A stretch of DNA of 63,289 bases, the filler included, from Octopus bimaculoides (Eukaryota), in the NCBI RefSeq assembly GCF_001194135.2. It is 6 parts of 6 records of this genome, joined end to end, with 100 filler letters (N's around TTAATTAATTAA, not from the genome) between each part and the next. Parts side by side here need not be neighbours in the genome. Positions count along the whole stretch, not along the records: positions 1 to 29,783 come from NC_068984.1; 5 more parts are not named here. One strand, given 5' to 3'. How positions within the stretch are numbered: position 1 is the stretch's first letter; every line of letters starts with the position of its first letter. This document shows positions 1 to 13,160 of the stretch, piece after piece. Under the pieces are notes generated by a model, which had not been told where the DNA came from, searched no databases, and saw only the letters and a list, made by a program, of their open reading frames with translations. Position numbers and translations under genes: made by a program.

Positions 1-2
1 CT

Positions 3-1025
3 TGTAAATTGCAGCCTGCCGAACGCAGGTATAGTACTTTTGATCGAGGGCTATTAGCGATCTATCTGTTGATTCGGCATTTTCAACATCAGCTCGAGGG
101 ACGAGAGTTTGTGATTTATACTGATCACAAGCCCCTCACTTTTGCTCTGTCCTCTAAAACGGACAAGCTCTCTCCTCGTGTTTTTCGTCACCTGGATTTT
201 ATCTCACAATTTACAGGTGACATTCGTCATGTGCCAGGGAAAGAGAACATCCCAGCTGATGCTCTTTCGCGACTCCCTGTGCATTCTCTTTCCACTCCCG
301 CGGAAATTGATTTGCTGGCAATTTCGCAGGAGCAACCTTCTTTGTCAAGTTTAGATTTGACGAAGTCAAAATTCAGCAATTGTAAATTTGCTTATCTTCT
401 GCTCCCTTCATCCGAAGGCTCTATATTATGTGACACATCCACAGGTTCTCCTAGGCCTTTAGTACCTACGAACCATCAACGTTCTGTGTTTGATGCCCTT
501 CATTCTTTGTCACATCCGGGCATCTCAGCAACAGTAAAGCTTATCACTGCTCGGTTTTTCTGGCCCAATATGCGGCGATCAATTGCCACTTGGACACGCT
601 CTTGCATGAAGTGCTAGAGTGCGAAGGTCCATAGGCACGTTCGTGCCCCTCTTGGACAATTACCTTCTCCTGAAGCCCGTTTCCGTCACGTCCATCTTGA
701 TTTGGTTGGACCTTTACCAGTGTGTCGCGGGTTCTCATACCTGTTAACTTGTGTTGACCGTTTCTCACGTTGGCCAGAAGCCATTCCTATAGCAGATATT
801 ACTTCTGAGACTGTTGCCCACGCTTTCGTTTCTGGGTGGGTTTCTAGGTTCGGAGTACCAGTCAGTTTGACCACAGATCGTGGCCGGCAATTTGAGGCCG
901 CGCTCTTTCGTGACCTATCACGAATCTTGGGGGTGCATCGTATACGCACCACCAGCTACCATCCCGCTTCTAATGGGATGGTTGAGCGGTTTCATAGACA
1001 ACTTAAGGCAGCCTTGCGCGCCTCG
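3..1025 (+). mobile_element. Ty3/Gypsy LTR retrotransposon pol fragment (RNase H, integrase zinc finger, integrase core) with one nonsense codon; runs into a gap
   Basis: ORFs 9..617 and 702.. are in the same frame. RNase H motifs ERRYSTFDRGLLAIY, YTDHKPL, NIPADALSR; zinc finger HSLSHPG...CMKC; integrase [48 protein letters not shown] at 615-617 sits where Gln (CAG) is expected and the frame continues as SAKVHRH. Confidence 0.95.
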
Positions 1026-1925
1026 NNNNNNNNNNNNNNNNNNNNNNNNNNNNNNNNNNNNNNNNNNNNNNNNNNNNNNNNNNNNNNNNNNNNNNNNNNN
1101 NNNNNNNNNNNNNNNNNNNNNNNNNNNNNNNNNNNNNNNNNNNNNNNNNNNNNNNNNNNNNNNNNNNNNNNNNNNNNNNNNNNNNNNNNNNNNNNNNNNN
1201 NNNNNNNNNNNNNNNNNNNNNNNNNNNNNNNNNNNNNNNNNNNNNNNNNNNNNNNNNNNNNNNNNNNNNNNNNNNNNNNNNNNNNNNNNNNNNNNNNNNN
1301 NNNNNNNNNNNNNNNNNNNNNNNNNNNNNNNNNNNNNNNNNNNNNNNNNNNNNNNNNNNNNNNNNNNNNNNNNNNNNNNNNNNNNNNNNNNNNNNNNNNN
1401 NNNNNNNNNNNNNNNNNNNNNNNNNNNNNNNNNNNNNNNNNNNNNNNNNNNNNNNNNNNNNNNNNNNNNNNNNNNNNNNNNNNNNNNNNNNNNNNNNNNN
1501 NNNNNNNNNNNNNNNATTGGCAAAGACTATTTACATTTGACTTATTGTGTTCCAGCGGACAATTTCAGAGTTTTTTTTATTGAACATTTTTCTTCCTTTC
1601 AAAGAAAAAAAAAGAAAAAAAAAGAAAACAAACAATCAGACTTTTCAGACTTTTACATTCCGTGATTTCAGTTCCTGGACAGTGGTCATCACGGTTGTTT
1701 TATCATTGTCTCATTTGTTTTTCACTAGGTGACATTTACTGCCCATTTTATTTGCATGTTTTTCTTTCATCAATTCTTTTGTACATTGCATGCATGTATC
1801 TAACCATTGTCCATCATTTCCTTGAGTTTTTCTTTATATATTTGTGCTACATTTTCTGCGTGGTTTCGGTGGCCATCTTGCCTCAGACGTCCCTCCAAAA
1901 TTTCTATTTTCGTGCTTCCACACTC

Positions 1926-2282
1926 GAGGGGGAGCCATTGTAGTGACGTCATTTGGCGCCAAGGTACGGTCGCCATTGCTGCGTTTTTATCCACGCATGC
2001 GTGGAGTTCAACATCTAAGCGTTCCCGCTTTTTTCATTCTCTTTTCTCGCCAGCCTGCGAAGAGGCAACACAGGTCCTACAGAGCTCTCTTATTGAGCGT
2101 GGTCGTACCAAGCTGTCTCTCCAACAATCCAACTCTGGGGACAGCTCACAACAACATTCCGGCGTCTCAGCAACCAGTTTAAGGCTGCCTATTTCATCCA
2201 TAAATAAATATTGTTGTGTTGATAGTTCAGAGTTCTGCGTTTCGTTGTTATTCCGAATTTAATATAGGAAAGCAGGTGTACA
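1926..2282 (+). mobile_element. Polypurine tract and 3' LTR of the Gypsy element
   Basis: GAGGGGGAG at 1926-1934, then TGTAG at 1939. AATAAA near 2203. Segment ends TGTACA at 2277-2282, giving TGTA...TACA termini and about 344 bp. The right boundary is inferred. Confidence 0.7.
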
Positions 2283-2342
2283 CCTAATGGTGTATAACCA
2301 CTTTCCTAAAATGCATTACAATGGTTTTTTTCAAGTTGATGG

Positions 2343-3078
2343 TCAAACCAAAATCATCACAAGCCGAACCAAATGCAGATACAAGAGATTGCAGACCTGT
2401 TTCAGAATGACTGACAAGATCACATTTGTCAGCATATAAAAGTTCCCTAATGAGTGAAGTAAAATCTTCGTTTTGAATTTCAGTCTGTTCAGATTTAAAA
2501 CATTCCCTTTTGTTCGATATTTTAAGTAAATAACCTCCTCAGTGCTTTGAAAAGCATGTGACAATACAACAGCGAAGTATATTGCAAAAAGGGTGGGTGC
2601 ATCAAAGTCTCCTTGCTTTACTCCATTTTCCACGGCAAAAGATTCAGAGAGCCTTCCATCAAAGTTAACTTTAGCTTTCATATCTTGATACAAAGCTCTG
2701 ATCATGTTTATAAATTTTTCTGGGCAACCTATTTTCCTTAGAATTAGCCACAGAGCATTTCGATTAACAGTATCGAATGCTTTGCTCAAATCAACAAAGC
2801 AATGGTACAGAGCAAGATTTTGTTCAATGCACTTTTCTTGTAATTGTCTGATAGTAAAAATACAATCAGCTGTGCCCCTGGAGGAACGAAAACCACACTG
2901 ACACTCAGACACTATATTTAGAACTATGAAGGTATTTAAATGTTCTAGCAAAATGCGGGCAAGTATCTTTCCAGCCACAGACAAAAACGAAATAACATGA
3001 AAATTACTACACAGATCCTTTGGCCCCGATTTATACAAGGAGACTAAAATGGCATCAATCCAGTCTTGAGGCACTTTC
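2343..3078 (-). mobile_element. RTE-clade LINE reverse transcriptase fragment, frameshifted near the YADD motif
   Basis: VPQDWIDAILVSLYK, QCGFRSSRGTADCIFTIRQLQEKC, FVDLSKAFDTV, GVKQG; the alternate frame gives RELLYADK. The ORF track extension to 3524 is microsatellite and repeat read-through. Confidence 0.92.
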
Positions 3079-3079
3079 T

Positions 3080-3205
3080 CAGTTCTCCAACAGTAACAAA
3101 AACCATGCCAAATAAGACTGGAGTCTGGTGCAGCTTTCCAGCTCACCAGTCCCATCCAAACCATCCAACCCATACCAGTATGGACAATGGACATTAAATG
3201 ATGAT
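3080..3205 (+). mobile_element. Short 3' tail of an RTE-type LINE or RTE-tailed SINE
   Basis: AAACCATCCAACCCATACCAGTATGG...CATTAAATGATGATGAT; the same tail recurs near 5530, 7860 (-), 15175 (-) and 17615. Confidence 0.75.
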
Positions 3206-3215
3206 GATATATGTG

Positions 3216-3263
<48 letters not shown>

Positions 3264-3329
3264 TACATATACACATGCACACACACACACACACACACAC
3301 ACTTGTATGTATGTATGTATGAATGTATA

Positions 3330-4890
3330 AGATCTGTACCAGGTAGCTAGAAGGGAAATTAGGAGACAGATATACTTAGTTAAGGGAAAAGCAGAAAGGA
3401 ATAAGTTTGCCAGTGATCTGTAGCATGAGGACCAGAGGTTGGGGCGTTTTGGATTGTAAGATAGTGCATCAGAGAAAATGTGATACTGTAGGAAAGAAAT
3501 GTGTTCACATGGAAGATGGCTCACTTTCAGTTAGGGATTCTGCAAACAAGGAGGCTTGGAAGTGCTACTATGATAATCTACTAAATGTAGAGAATGCATG
3601 GGAGAAGGAGAGTCTGCCTGACATTGATCCAACAGAGGGACCAGTTATCTGAACGGACAGTAGCTTAATAAGGTAAAGCATTTAATGATATGGAGACAGA
3701 GAAAGCCACTGGCCCAACAGGAATCACTATTGTGATGCTTAAAATATCAGGCAGAGTAGGATATGGACTAGTCACCTGTATATTTAATCAGGTTGTTCAT
3801 TAGGGAGTCATACCCAACGACTAGTGTAGCAGCATTACAATCAACTACTACAATGGTAAAAGGTGTCACCTTAGACAGAAATAATTACAGAAATATCAAA
3901 TTGTTTGACTTGGTGATAAAAGTTACATAAAGTGTCATAGCACAATTATGAAGAGAGTTAGCCTAGATGAGATGCAGTTTGGTTGTGTGCCACGAAGAAG
4001 CACTACTGATGATATTTTCCTAATGAGGAGAAATATTAAGCCCAAAATAAACCTCTGTATTTGGCTTTTCTGGACAAAAAAAAAAGCCTTTGACAGAGTC
4101 CCCTGCTTCCTCCTCTAGTGGGCAATGCAGAAGCTGGAGATAAATGAGTGGTTGGTGAGAGCTGTATGAGCCACGTACAGGGATGTTGTCCATAAGTTGA
4201 AAGTCAGCAATGAATATAGTAAGGAAATTAGCATATAAGTAAGAGTTAACCAAGGATTGGTTCTAAGCCTTCTGTTGTTTATCATAGTCTTCCAGACTAT
4301 AACACAGGAATTTAAAACCAGTTGCCCTTGGGAGTTCTTACTCTGATGACCATGTTCTTATTGCTGAATCACTACCAGAACTAGAGAAGAAATTTTAGTT
4401 GTGGAAGCAATGTCTGGAATCAAAGGGCCTTAGAGTTAATCTAGCGAAGACTAAAGTCCTAGTAAGTAGGAAAAAAGGGACAAATTAATGTGAGACATGG
4501 GTTGAGATTACAGAGGAGATATGAAAGCTTAAAAGAAATGAAGTCAACAATCTCTGCTGGATGGGTAATGTTAGTGTACGTAAATGACAGAGTGTAAATG
4601 ATTTAAGAGAAAAACTGGGTATAAGTGGCATCAGATGTAGTGTACTGCACTGGTATGGTTAGGCGAAGTGTATTATGGAGACAGTTGCATAAAGAAGTGT
4701 CAATCTCTGATTGTGAAGGGAACATGTGGAAGGCATAGTCCAGGCTAGTAGTGGGATGAAGTGGTGAGAAATGATCTCCAGATGTTGAGTCTCACTGAGA
4801 TGACAAGGAACCAAGACTTCTAGTGATTTACTCATCAAGCTAAGACTCATCAAGCTAAGTGAAATCGTAGCCATCCATACATACAGGCAT
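3330..4890 (+). mobile_element. Decayed RTE-clade LINE (RT region through ORF end)
   Basis: KEAWKCYYDNLLNVENAWEKESLPDIDPTEGPVI, a degenerate YSDD-type motif near 4340, RVNLAKTKVLVSRK and C-terminal residues; many stops and frameshifts. Confidence 0.85.
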
Positions 4891-4915
4891 GTCCTTCACG
4901 GTCATATGCAATTCT

Positions 4916-4963
<48 letters not shown>

Positions 4964-5374
4964 TCAGTTCTGGCAAAACTCCCTGCAAATCATCTTCTCA
5001 ACATCTACATTACCCACAAACGCTCCATGCCTTTACATATCTATCACACTCACTTCACAACTACACCAGTTCTTCTCATCATCACTTGGTATCTCTAAAT
5101 AACTCTCCTCACACTCTTATAGAACATTCCCTCTATCCCCTCTGTACTACTTATGCTTCCCACCATGTTTCCCTGTGGGTTGGCCCTCTCTCTCCCTACT
5201 CTGACTGTCTCTATCTTTCTCCCTAACGCTATCACATCTCCCTCTTTTTGCTTGTCCTAGTAAGACAGCATTTCCTGTCCTTCTATCATACTCTAACCTC
5301 TCACCTTGCACATGGCCACTTCTCTCAGTTCCACTCCCTCTATTAGCAGAGAGTCTCTTGTCCTGCAAGCTAAT

Positions 5375-5590
5375 GGTCACCCTTCAGGTGCTGGTACCAT
5401 GTAAAAAGCACTTGTGCTGGCGCCACCTAAAAAGCATCTAGGTAGGTATTAGGAAGAGCATCCATCAATGGAGACCATACCAAAACAGACAATTGGAGCC
5501 TGGTGCAGCTCTCTGGCTTACCAGCTCCCGTTAAACTATCCAATCCATGCCAGCATGGAAAACAGACATTAAAGGATGATGGTGATGATG
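5375..5590 (+). mobile_element. RTE-type 3' tail copy
   Basis: AAACTATCCAATCCATGCCAGCATGGAAAACAGACATTAAAGGATGATGGTGATGATGAT. Confidence 0.7.
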
Positions 5591-5602
5591 ATAATATGTA
5601 CG

Positions 5603-5655
<53 letters not shown>

Positions 5656-5658
<3 letters not shown>

Positions 5659-5868
5659 CTGAAAAGTTCCTGGCCTTGGGTAAAAGAAAATACAGCTAGA
5701 TCAGTTAATTATGATTTTATTTAACAATATTCTCCTCTCAGATTCACACACTTATTGTAGCAGTCCTTCATTTTTTGCTAAGCCCTTTAAGAGAACATGG
5801 AAGGTTGGGCCTCCAGCCAGACTTTTTGCAATAACTTTTAAATCAGGAACTTTTCAGCACCCTACGTA
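5656..5868. mobile_element. Tc1/mariner-type MITE
   Basis: Perfect 17-bp inverted termini GTGCTGAAAAGTTCCTG (5656-5672) and CAGGAACTTTTCAGCAC (5844-5860), embedded in TA/TG repeats; a partial sibling lies at 42424-42604. Confidence 0.85.
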
Positions 5869-5895
5869 TATATATATATATATATNNNNNNNNNN

Positions 5896-5949
<54 letters not shown>

Positions 5950-6086
5950 GTATCTATCTATCTATCTATCTGTATATCTCTATATATATAAATGTATGTA
6001 CATGCACACATATATATATCCGCACATGCACATCTGTATATGTGTATATGTATGTATATGTGCTTACACATTTTGTTTATTTTCAG

Positions 6087-6139
6087 GAAAACATTTGTGT
6101 TCGGTCATCAAAGCATAACAAGGTGTTTGAATTCGAGAG
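6087..6139 (+). CDS. KIF25: Kinesin-14 family motor, KIF25-like, internal exon ([18 protein letters not shown])
   Basis: Acceptor ttttgtttattttcag|GAA and donor AG|gtaagt; 53 nt, phase 0 to 2; joins in frame to 14748 to give KVFEFERVYGPDD. Confidence is higher for kinesin-14 than for the exact KIF25 orthology. Confidence 0.82.
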
Positions 6140-6518
6140 GTAAGTTTCATCTAAAAAGTTATGCATCAACAATGGTGCTATGACTTTTAATTGCTTTTTT
6201 GTTGTTCCTATTGTCATCATTTAGCTTGTTGTTAGGCTTGACTTTCTGAGGCAGCCCAATGGCACATATTTCTTTGAATGTCTGAGTGTGAGTCACAGAT
6301 TCCATATTTCAGATATTCCATGTAAACTATACATTAAATATTTCTTGTTTTTGTTGTTGTTTAGCCCATATTCACACTGCTCAAGCTGAACTATGATCAA
6401 ATGCATGCTAACTGTGACCACCTCACCTTTTTTTTTTATCTTTAGATACAGAGCTCTGATAATCACATTACATTATTTCATATTTCTCTAAAAGTGAAAA
6501 GATAAATTGAAGAACATT

Positions 6519-6684
6519 TAGGACTGATTCCAGGAATTTTTTGAGGGGAGGGCACAAGGTTAGAAAGGAATACAATTCCAGGAGACAATGGCGTAATAAC
6601 ACTATTTAGAAGGGTGCACTTCGTTTCTTGGGGGGTGGGGGCACATAGCCCTCAGCTCAAACCCACTCCTTGGGTCTGCCCCTG
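6519..6684. mobile_element. Short non-autonomous DNA element with decayed CAGGGGCGGATCCAGG-type termini
   Basis: Left end AGGACTGATTCCAGG; right end CTTGGGTCTGCCCCTG; ACATT on both flanks. Confidence 0.45.
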
Positions 6685-7859
6685 ACATTTGATTAGTACT
6701 TCAAGCATGTTGAACAAGGTGATCTTCTATATTGCTTTGTGTATTCAGTGTTGAAATTTCTGTTGTTTTTCCAGCATTCTAACTGTGACTGTCCCATCTT
6801 ATTATTGAGCATACAGTTACAGAATTGACTTTGACATATCTGTTGGAGTTTTCACAGTCAGTTGGGTTTATTTGCAAAGCTATTTGGCTGTTGTAATTAC
6901 ATAGTGTTGTTTTTGTTATTGTTGTTGTTTCACACCAGGCTACTTTTCACATGATCAAAGATGCTCTGATTATGGTCACCATGATTTTCAGTCTTGACCT
7001 TCATTCAAAAATTTGAATGCTTCTTCTAGCAAGTTGACTAACGTTGTTGAACTGTTGTTGTTGTTGCTGCTGCTGCTGCTGCTATTGCTATTCTTAGGGG
7101 TAGATGCATTCATTAGTTCCATTGTCAATCCTAATTTGAGATATTCCAGCCATAAACATTTCAACATTTTAGGATTATTCAGAACTACATTATGTAGCAT
7201 GCTAAGTGGTGATTTGTGGGAGATTTAACTGTTATTTCTAGCATGCTGTACAACCATGTAGAGGCTCCTTTATTGGCTTGTTGTTGTTACTGATGGTGGT
7301 TGTTGTATTGTTACATTATTAATGACATCAATAATGTTCTTAATGAAGTGATACTTGTGTCACCATTCTTTTCCTTCCATGACCATTCGTTATAGTAGTT
7401 GTCATACAACTAATGATCTCGTGTGAGAGATGCATGTGTGTCACACATTCTTGGTTCTCCTTTCTCATAAAAGTGATACAGAAACTAATATTCTGCTGTT
7501 ACTATTGTTCTAGGTGGAAGAATTAGAGTGCTGGACGGAAAACACCCACTGTATTTAGTTACCACATAACACAACGTAAGAGTGTTGAGCTTATGACTGT
7601 TAGGTGATGGGTTCAGTTCACAGACCAGGCAGCATATTGTATGCCAGAGCAAGACACTTCACTTTATGTTGCTTTCAACTAAAAATGGATGCCAGTAGCA
7701 GCTGGGATTAATCCTGCAATAGGCAGGCAAACCATCTCAGTTTCTTAAAGGCAATGAGCTAGTTTGCTAAACTAGGATTAACTCTAGCCTAATCATCCAA
7801 TGAGAATAAGACACATTTTAACTTTTCAATTAATTAATTTATCTCACTTTAAGTTATCA

Positions 7860-8400
7860 TCATTATCATTACCATTTAATGTCTGCCTTCCATGCTGGTA
7901 TGGGCTGGATGATTTGACAGGAGCTGGCCAGACAGAAGACTGCACCAGACCTCTGTGTCTGTTTCCGCATGGTTTTTATGGCTGATTGCCCTCCCTAACA
8001 CCAACCACCCTGCAGAGTGGACTGAGTGCATTTAATGTGGTACCAGCAAGATCAGTTTTGGCATGGTTTTTATGGCTGGATGCCCTTCCAAATGCTAACC
8101 ACTTCACAATGTTGACTGAATGAGTTTTATGTGGCACCAACAGCAGCTGGGTCAGCAAGTAACTTGCAAGACAAGAAGTCTTTGAGAGGGGAGGGGCATT
8201 GATTGGAGGAGGTGATCTTGTGTTGGATGATGAAAGGTTAGAGTCTGACTGAGACAGAGATGCAGAAACAAGTGTCTTGCTGTAGAGAAGGTACATGGTT
8301 ATGTGGCCAGAGAGAGAGAGAGAGAGAGGGGAGATATCAAGTGTGCAAGTGAGAGCAGGAGAGAGATGGTCGTGAAGTACCAGGGTATACTCACTTACCT
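7860..8400 (-). mobile_element. RTE-tail repeats (two overlapping copies) with GA-rich extension
   Basis: Reverse complement of the tail at 7860-7990 and of the upstream tail part at 8050-8160; a related opposite-orientation segment lies near 5200-5370. Confidence 0.6.
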
Positions 8401-9559
8401 GGAGGTGCATAATCCAATATAAGAGTGTTGAGTTATGGATTCAAATTCTGCTGAGGTTGACGTTTTATCCTTTTGGGGTGATAAAATAAGTACTGTTTAG
8501 AATATATGAGTTAACTAATAATCAATTAGACCTTCCTGTAAAATCTGAGGCCTTATACCTATTTTAGAAATCATTATATTTCTGAAATGAATATTCAGCT
8601 CAGAGAAAGGCTCTACAGATAGAAAGATAAAATTTTACTGTCTGAGAAAGCATACTCCTTTGTATTAGATGCTATATCTCCCATAGATATTGATAATCTT
8701 ATAATCACAGTGTCATCATCATGGCTAACAGCTTTTCTTATCAATATATAAAAAAAGAAATAGATTACTTGCATTTACTTCATTACAAGACAGATTATAT
8801 TATATTACAGGATTTTATAGAACTACTTGTGACACCTGATATTCTATTCCATCACTGTTAATTTGTCTTATTGCAGCAAATTGGTGATTTATTATTTAAT
8901 CAAGAGCTAACCCTGATATCTAAAGGTTATTTCTGCTATCTGTAACCTGTACCAATGGCTCATCTATATACTCTCACCCACATTCAACTGTGCTCTGTAT
9001 TTCACTCCAACTTAAACATGACTGCTTTGAGTAAAAGTAGAAGCATGAAAGCTGTGAGCTTAAGGTACAAAAGTACTGATTAACAAAGTCATAAAATCAT
9101 ATCTTACCACCATGGTCACCACAAAGTGCTCTTGAACAAGAGACCTAACCCCTGTTTATCTGACTAACTTAAAAGCATCATGTTGCACTTGCTATGGCAC
9201 AGTTGATTTATTAACAGAAGAGATAGACATCCACATCTATCCTTCAGAATGCAAGAACTCCAACAAATAAAACATCTCACAATGAAAAACTGATGTCAAA
9301 GTAGCAGCAGCAATAATAACAACAACAACTACAGCAACAACAACAACAACTACAACAACAACAACAACAACAACGACAACAAAATCTACATCAATGTTCA
9401 GTTTGTCTCCAAACTCTTATGGGGGGGGGGGAATAGAGACTTCTGATATTATCACTGTCATATATGAAAAGCAACCACCCACTACATCCATTCCACTGAA
9501 GTGTTGCTGCTTTGAGAAATAATTGCTCTGTCAGAGAAAACCAAGCCAGTGTAGTACTA

Positions 9560-9960
9560 ACTGAGGAGAAAATAAAATTGCTTTTACTTCTGTTTACATG
9601 ACCAAATCGACACCAACACCATCTAGTGGCACATGTTTCAGATAATAATGGCACCAGATTGAACTGTTTGTTCACTTTGAAAAATAATCTTGTGGCAGGA
9701 AGTCAGTTATTTCAATAGAAGCATATACACAGTTAGAGACATGGATAATACCTAATGGCAGACCTACTAATCAAATTGATTGCTTTCTTTACAAATTATT
9801 AACTGAAAAAAGAAACACAAAAAGCTGTGTAGACCATTGCATATACACAAGTTGATGGAAAGTGGAAAATTCTGATTCTTTCAAAAAGAGCAAGAAATGC
9901 TATCTTTTAGAAAATCAACATATCTTCTATAATGATTGTTATATTCCTCTAATCCATGAT
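9560..9960 (+). mobile_element. LINE apurinic-endonuclease (APE) domain fragment
   Basis: Decayed DNNGTRL...KNNLVAG and HIH.ETWIIPNGRPTNQID, matching the conserved APE C-terminal TW.SP.G...NQID motif. Confidence 0.6.
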
Positions 9961-10439
9961 GCATCAGCTCATTGACTTAGCTATTGATCTTTCTTAATAT
10001 TCAATAAACACTTTATCTTTGAAGTGATCAAGCACAACAAACATAGACATACAATCAATTTAAAAATGTTGGCACTGGAAACTAGATGGAAAGTAAATGT
10101 TTCTCATATAAATGTTCTGGTTAATTACCAAATAGAAAAATAGTAACTGAAGTGAAGTATTGAAAACAGAAATCTATTGTAAATGGTGAGCTGACACCTT
10201 AACAAGCCATTATCTTCCTCCACGCACTGAGCCAAAGAACATTATTCTACTTAACTCAATCAACCTAATTGCAGAGCTTCAACAGCCAATAACATTTTGC
10301 AGACTGAAAGAATCAGTGAAGAATTACATAAAATGCCTTATTGTATTTAGTTACTTCTGAGTTCAAATCTTGCTAAGGCTAATTTTGTATATTATCCTTT
10401 TGGGTTGATCTATTCTTCCCCACAATTTTCAATCTTCTG

Positions 10440-11050
10440 TCTGTGCTAGAAGCTTTTTTTTGCAGTTTTTGATATTCTTCCTCTCTTTTCTCAGTCACTA
10501 TTTCTTATTTCATACTCTCTTCTGTAATATTGTTGATTCCTTGAAGACTAGAAATATCTTGTTTCATAGCTATTTGTATTCATTTTCCATTGTTGTTTAC
10601 TAGATGTTCTGATAATTCTACAGTGGATATTTTGTAATAATTTTCTTACTGCATAAGTCCTCTAACATTCCATGTTTATAGTAAATGCAGTCATTATTTT
10701 TCTTGTTTTTCAGTCTAGTCTTGCAAGATAGTTTAGCATCCAATTGAAGATATATATATTATTACTGGGACAGTTATAGTATTGATGCTTGCTATTTTAT
10801 TTTATTATGATCTAGTTTTGTTTCACATTTAGTTCTGTTTAAATATTAATCTTATGCCTCTATAATATTCCTTACTAATATTTTCTTTTATATGTGTGTG
10901 TAGTACACTATCTGATTCATTGATTCTGAGTTTGGTCTAATTTTCTTATCTTTGTTTCTGTATTTAGCATGAGATTAGACTTCTTAATTAATTTTCCTCT
11001 CTTCAAGGTTGCTTTAGTGTATATTTTTAATCTCAATCTCATATCAATTT
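10440..11050 (-). mobile_element. RLE-type (R4/NeSL group) non-LTR retrotransposon, RT-thumb fragment
   Basis: Decayed SINTITVPV...KTR..K.MT..F.....RTY...K; shares about 60 nt (10823-10885) with 12743-12800. Confidence 0.5.
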
Positions 11051-11399
11051 CTCTCTAGTCGTGTTTCATCATCGTTGTCATAGTTATCATCATCACTTTC
11101 ATTTTTTACATCTGCTTTCTATGCTGATATTGGTCGGATGGGTTGCTATGATGTGAATCCCTTCTCATTAAATGCTTTTGCTCCTAAATACTTTGAGCTT
11201 CTAAATGTCATTTGGTTCTCATTTCTACAGCTGGATGCTCTTCCTCACACAAACCACTATGTCATTAATATATATTTTTTTAACAAGCTCATCAGCTTAT
11301 ATGACACCAGCACCTGTTCTAGCACTGTTTTCCTTTATATTGCTGACAGGGAAATGAGTAGCTGCTATATCTAGTGGTTAAGTGTCTATCATTGACAAG

Positions 11400-12800
11400 A
11401 CCAAGGAAGGTTGAAATTATTTGACCTAGTTGTCTCATCACTGGAGATGGCAAAGATTTATCTCCCTACTTATATAAACAAGTGTGCATTTTGTACCAAA
11501 AGCCAATATGGAAGTTTCTTTCATGGTATCAACCACAGTATAGTTTGTTCTAACAGATCTTCTGTGTATAAGTGGAGATAAATATTACCTCTCAGTAAAG
11601 TTAGAGTATCTTGGAAATGGGGAAGAAAGTGGTCTAGTGCAGTCTCTTATATTTAGGTCTGCTGCAGCAAACAAGCAAGCTTGTTATGCTTACATTTGAC
11701 AGACATTTTGATGGGAATATTCCACCATTATTCCTTGAGTTGGTGTTTATGAATGTATTCCATAACAGAGGTATTTTTAAAGTTTATTTCAGGACAAACT
11801 TTTTTTTTTGGGTGGGGGGAATGTAAATTGTTTTAGCAACATCATGCTGTATAGGGAGATAGAACCCTGACAACATTTTTGGACAGCTGCTAATCACATG
11901 CATAATATCTTCCACAGAAACATGACATAGCCTACACATGCAGTTGCACCTTGGAATTACAAGAATATCACTGTCTCACTTGTTCACCAGGTACTTTGTG
12001 GCAATCTCCTGTTGCTGGATTGCAAATGCATAACCTTCAAAGTGTGATGTGATATAGTGAGTGGTCTTGTGTCCAAGAGAGGCTGCGCTTCATGTCAATT
12101 CTGCTGTCTTCTTCAAGCTTCTATATGTATGTGTGTATGTATGTATATATGTATGTACATATGTATATATGTATGTATCTATGTACATACATATGTATGT
12201 ATATTGCATGGTTAGACTATTGGCAACTAAACTGGTAACCCTACCAAGGGTGGGGTGGGTGGCTTTCATTGGACACTCTGCAGCAGGAAAACCTATCTAA
12301 GCACAGATGAAGTCAGTTGAGTCAATGACCTTCCAACTGCTGGGAGTGAGAGATCTCTACTCTTCATGTAGATATCTCTCTAGGAAAAGAAGACTGATGT
12401 AACACTTGTGACTTTGTTTGTGTTGGATGATGTAGAGTATTTATTTAGGGCAAATACATGTATTGTTTAGAGTGTGAGCTCTGTGCAACACCTTTCTTCA
12501 CTTTTAAAAAGCTTCGGGCACAGCCTCACTTAAGTTTTAACACCTCTATTATCTGCTGCATTCTATAGATTGATGTAACCAAGAAAGAAATGCAAAACAT
12601 TTATTGGAAAATTCCATGACAGAATGAAAGCATTTATCTGCATAAGTGGTAACTCTCTGAACACCTGCTGTCAAAGGTACTCATCATTGCCACAGCTATG
12701 TAAAAAAAGTGTAGGTGCCTGGTACAACAAAAAAGCCTTTTACATTTAGTTCTGTTTAAATATTAATCTTATGCATTTATAATGTTCCTTACTAATATTT
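11400..12800 (-). mobile_element. RLE-type non-LTR retrotransposon fragment (thumb, CCHC finger, restriction-like endonuclease) with internal insertions
   Basis: ITSHFEGYAFAIQQQEIATKYL...CRLCHVSVEDIMHVISSCPKM...HDVAK at about 11850-12070. Confidence 0.7.
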
Positions 12801-13160
12801 TAGTAAATACAACAGAAAAACCTGTGCCGCTTTAAGACAACAATCAAATCATGGCAATGTTTGAAATTATATATGATTTGAGAATTGCATAAAGTGTAAA
12901 CTGTTTTACAATTGAAGGTATATGAAACATGGTATAAAGCAATGCTTGTCGTTGCCATCAATGGAGGGCATAAGTGAAAGGAATGGATTTTTTTCAAAGA
13001 AACGCACATTTTTTTCATGCAGAATTTAAATGAGCTGCTCAAAACTGCACTGCCAATGTAGTAAATGGGGGAAGCTTGCTTTGCAATATCTGCAGGCATT
13101 TATGTTTATCAAGGGCTGTATTCATTAGTCACCAACAGAACCACAAGTGTAAAGAATAGC
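12800..13160 (+). mobile_element. RTE-clade LINE ORF C-terminus
   Basis: Terminal C2H2-like finger CNICRHLCLSRAVFISHQQNH near 13080-13145. Confidence 0.5.

Noticed and set aside
8388-8412. ACTTACCTGG, resembling the U1 snRNA 5' end (also ACTTACCAGG at 50106)
   Set aside because: The match stops after about 10 nt with no U1 stem-loops; these are reverse-complement donor-like motifs.
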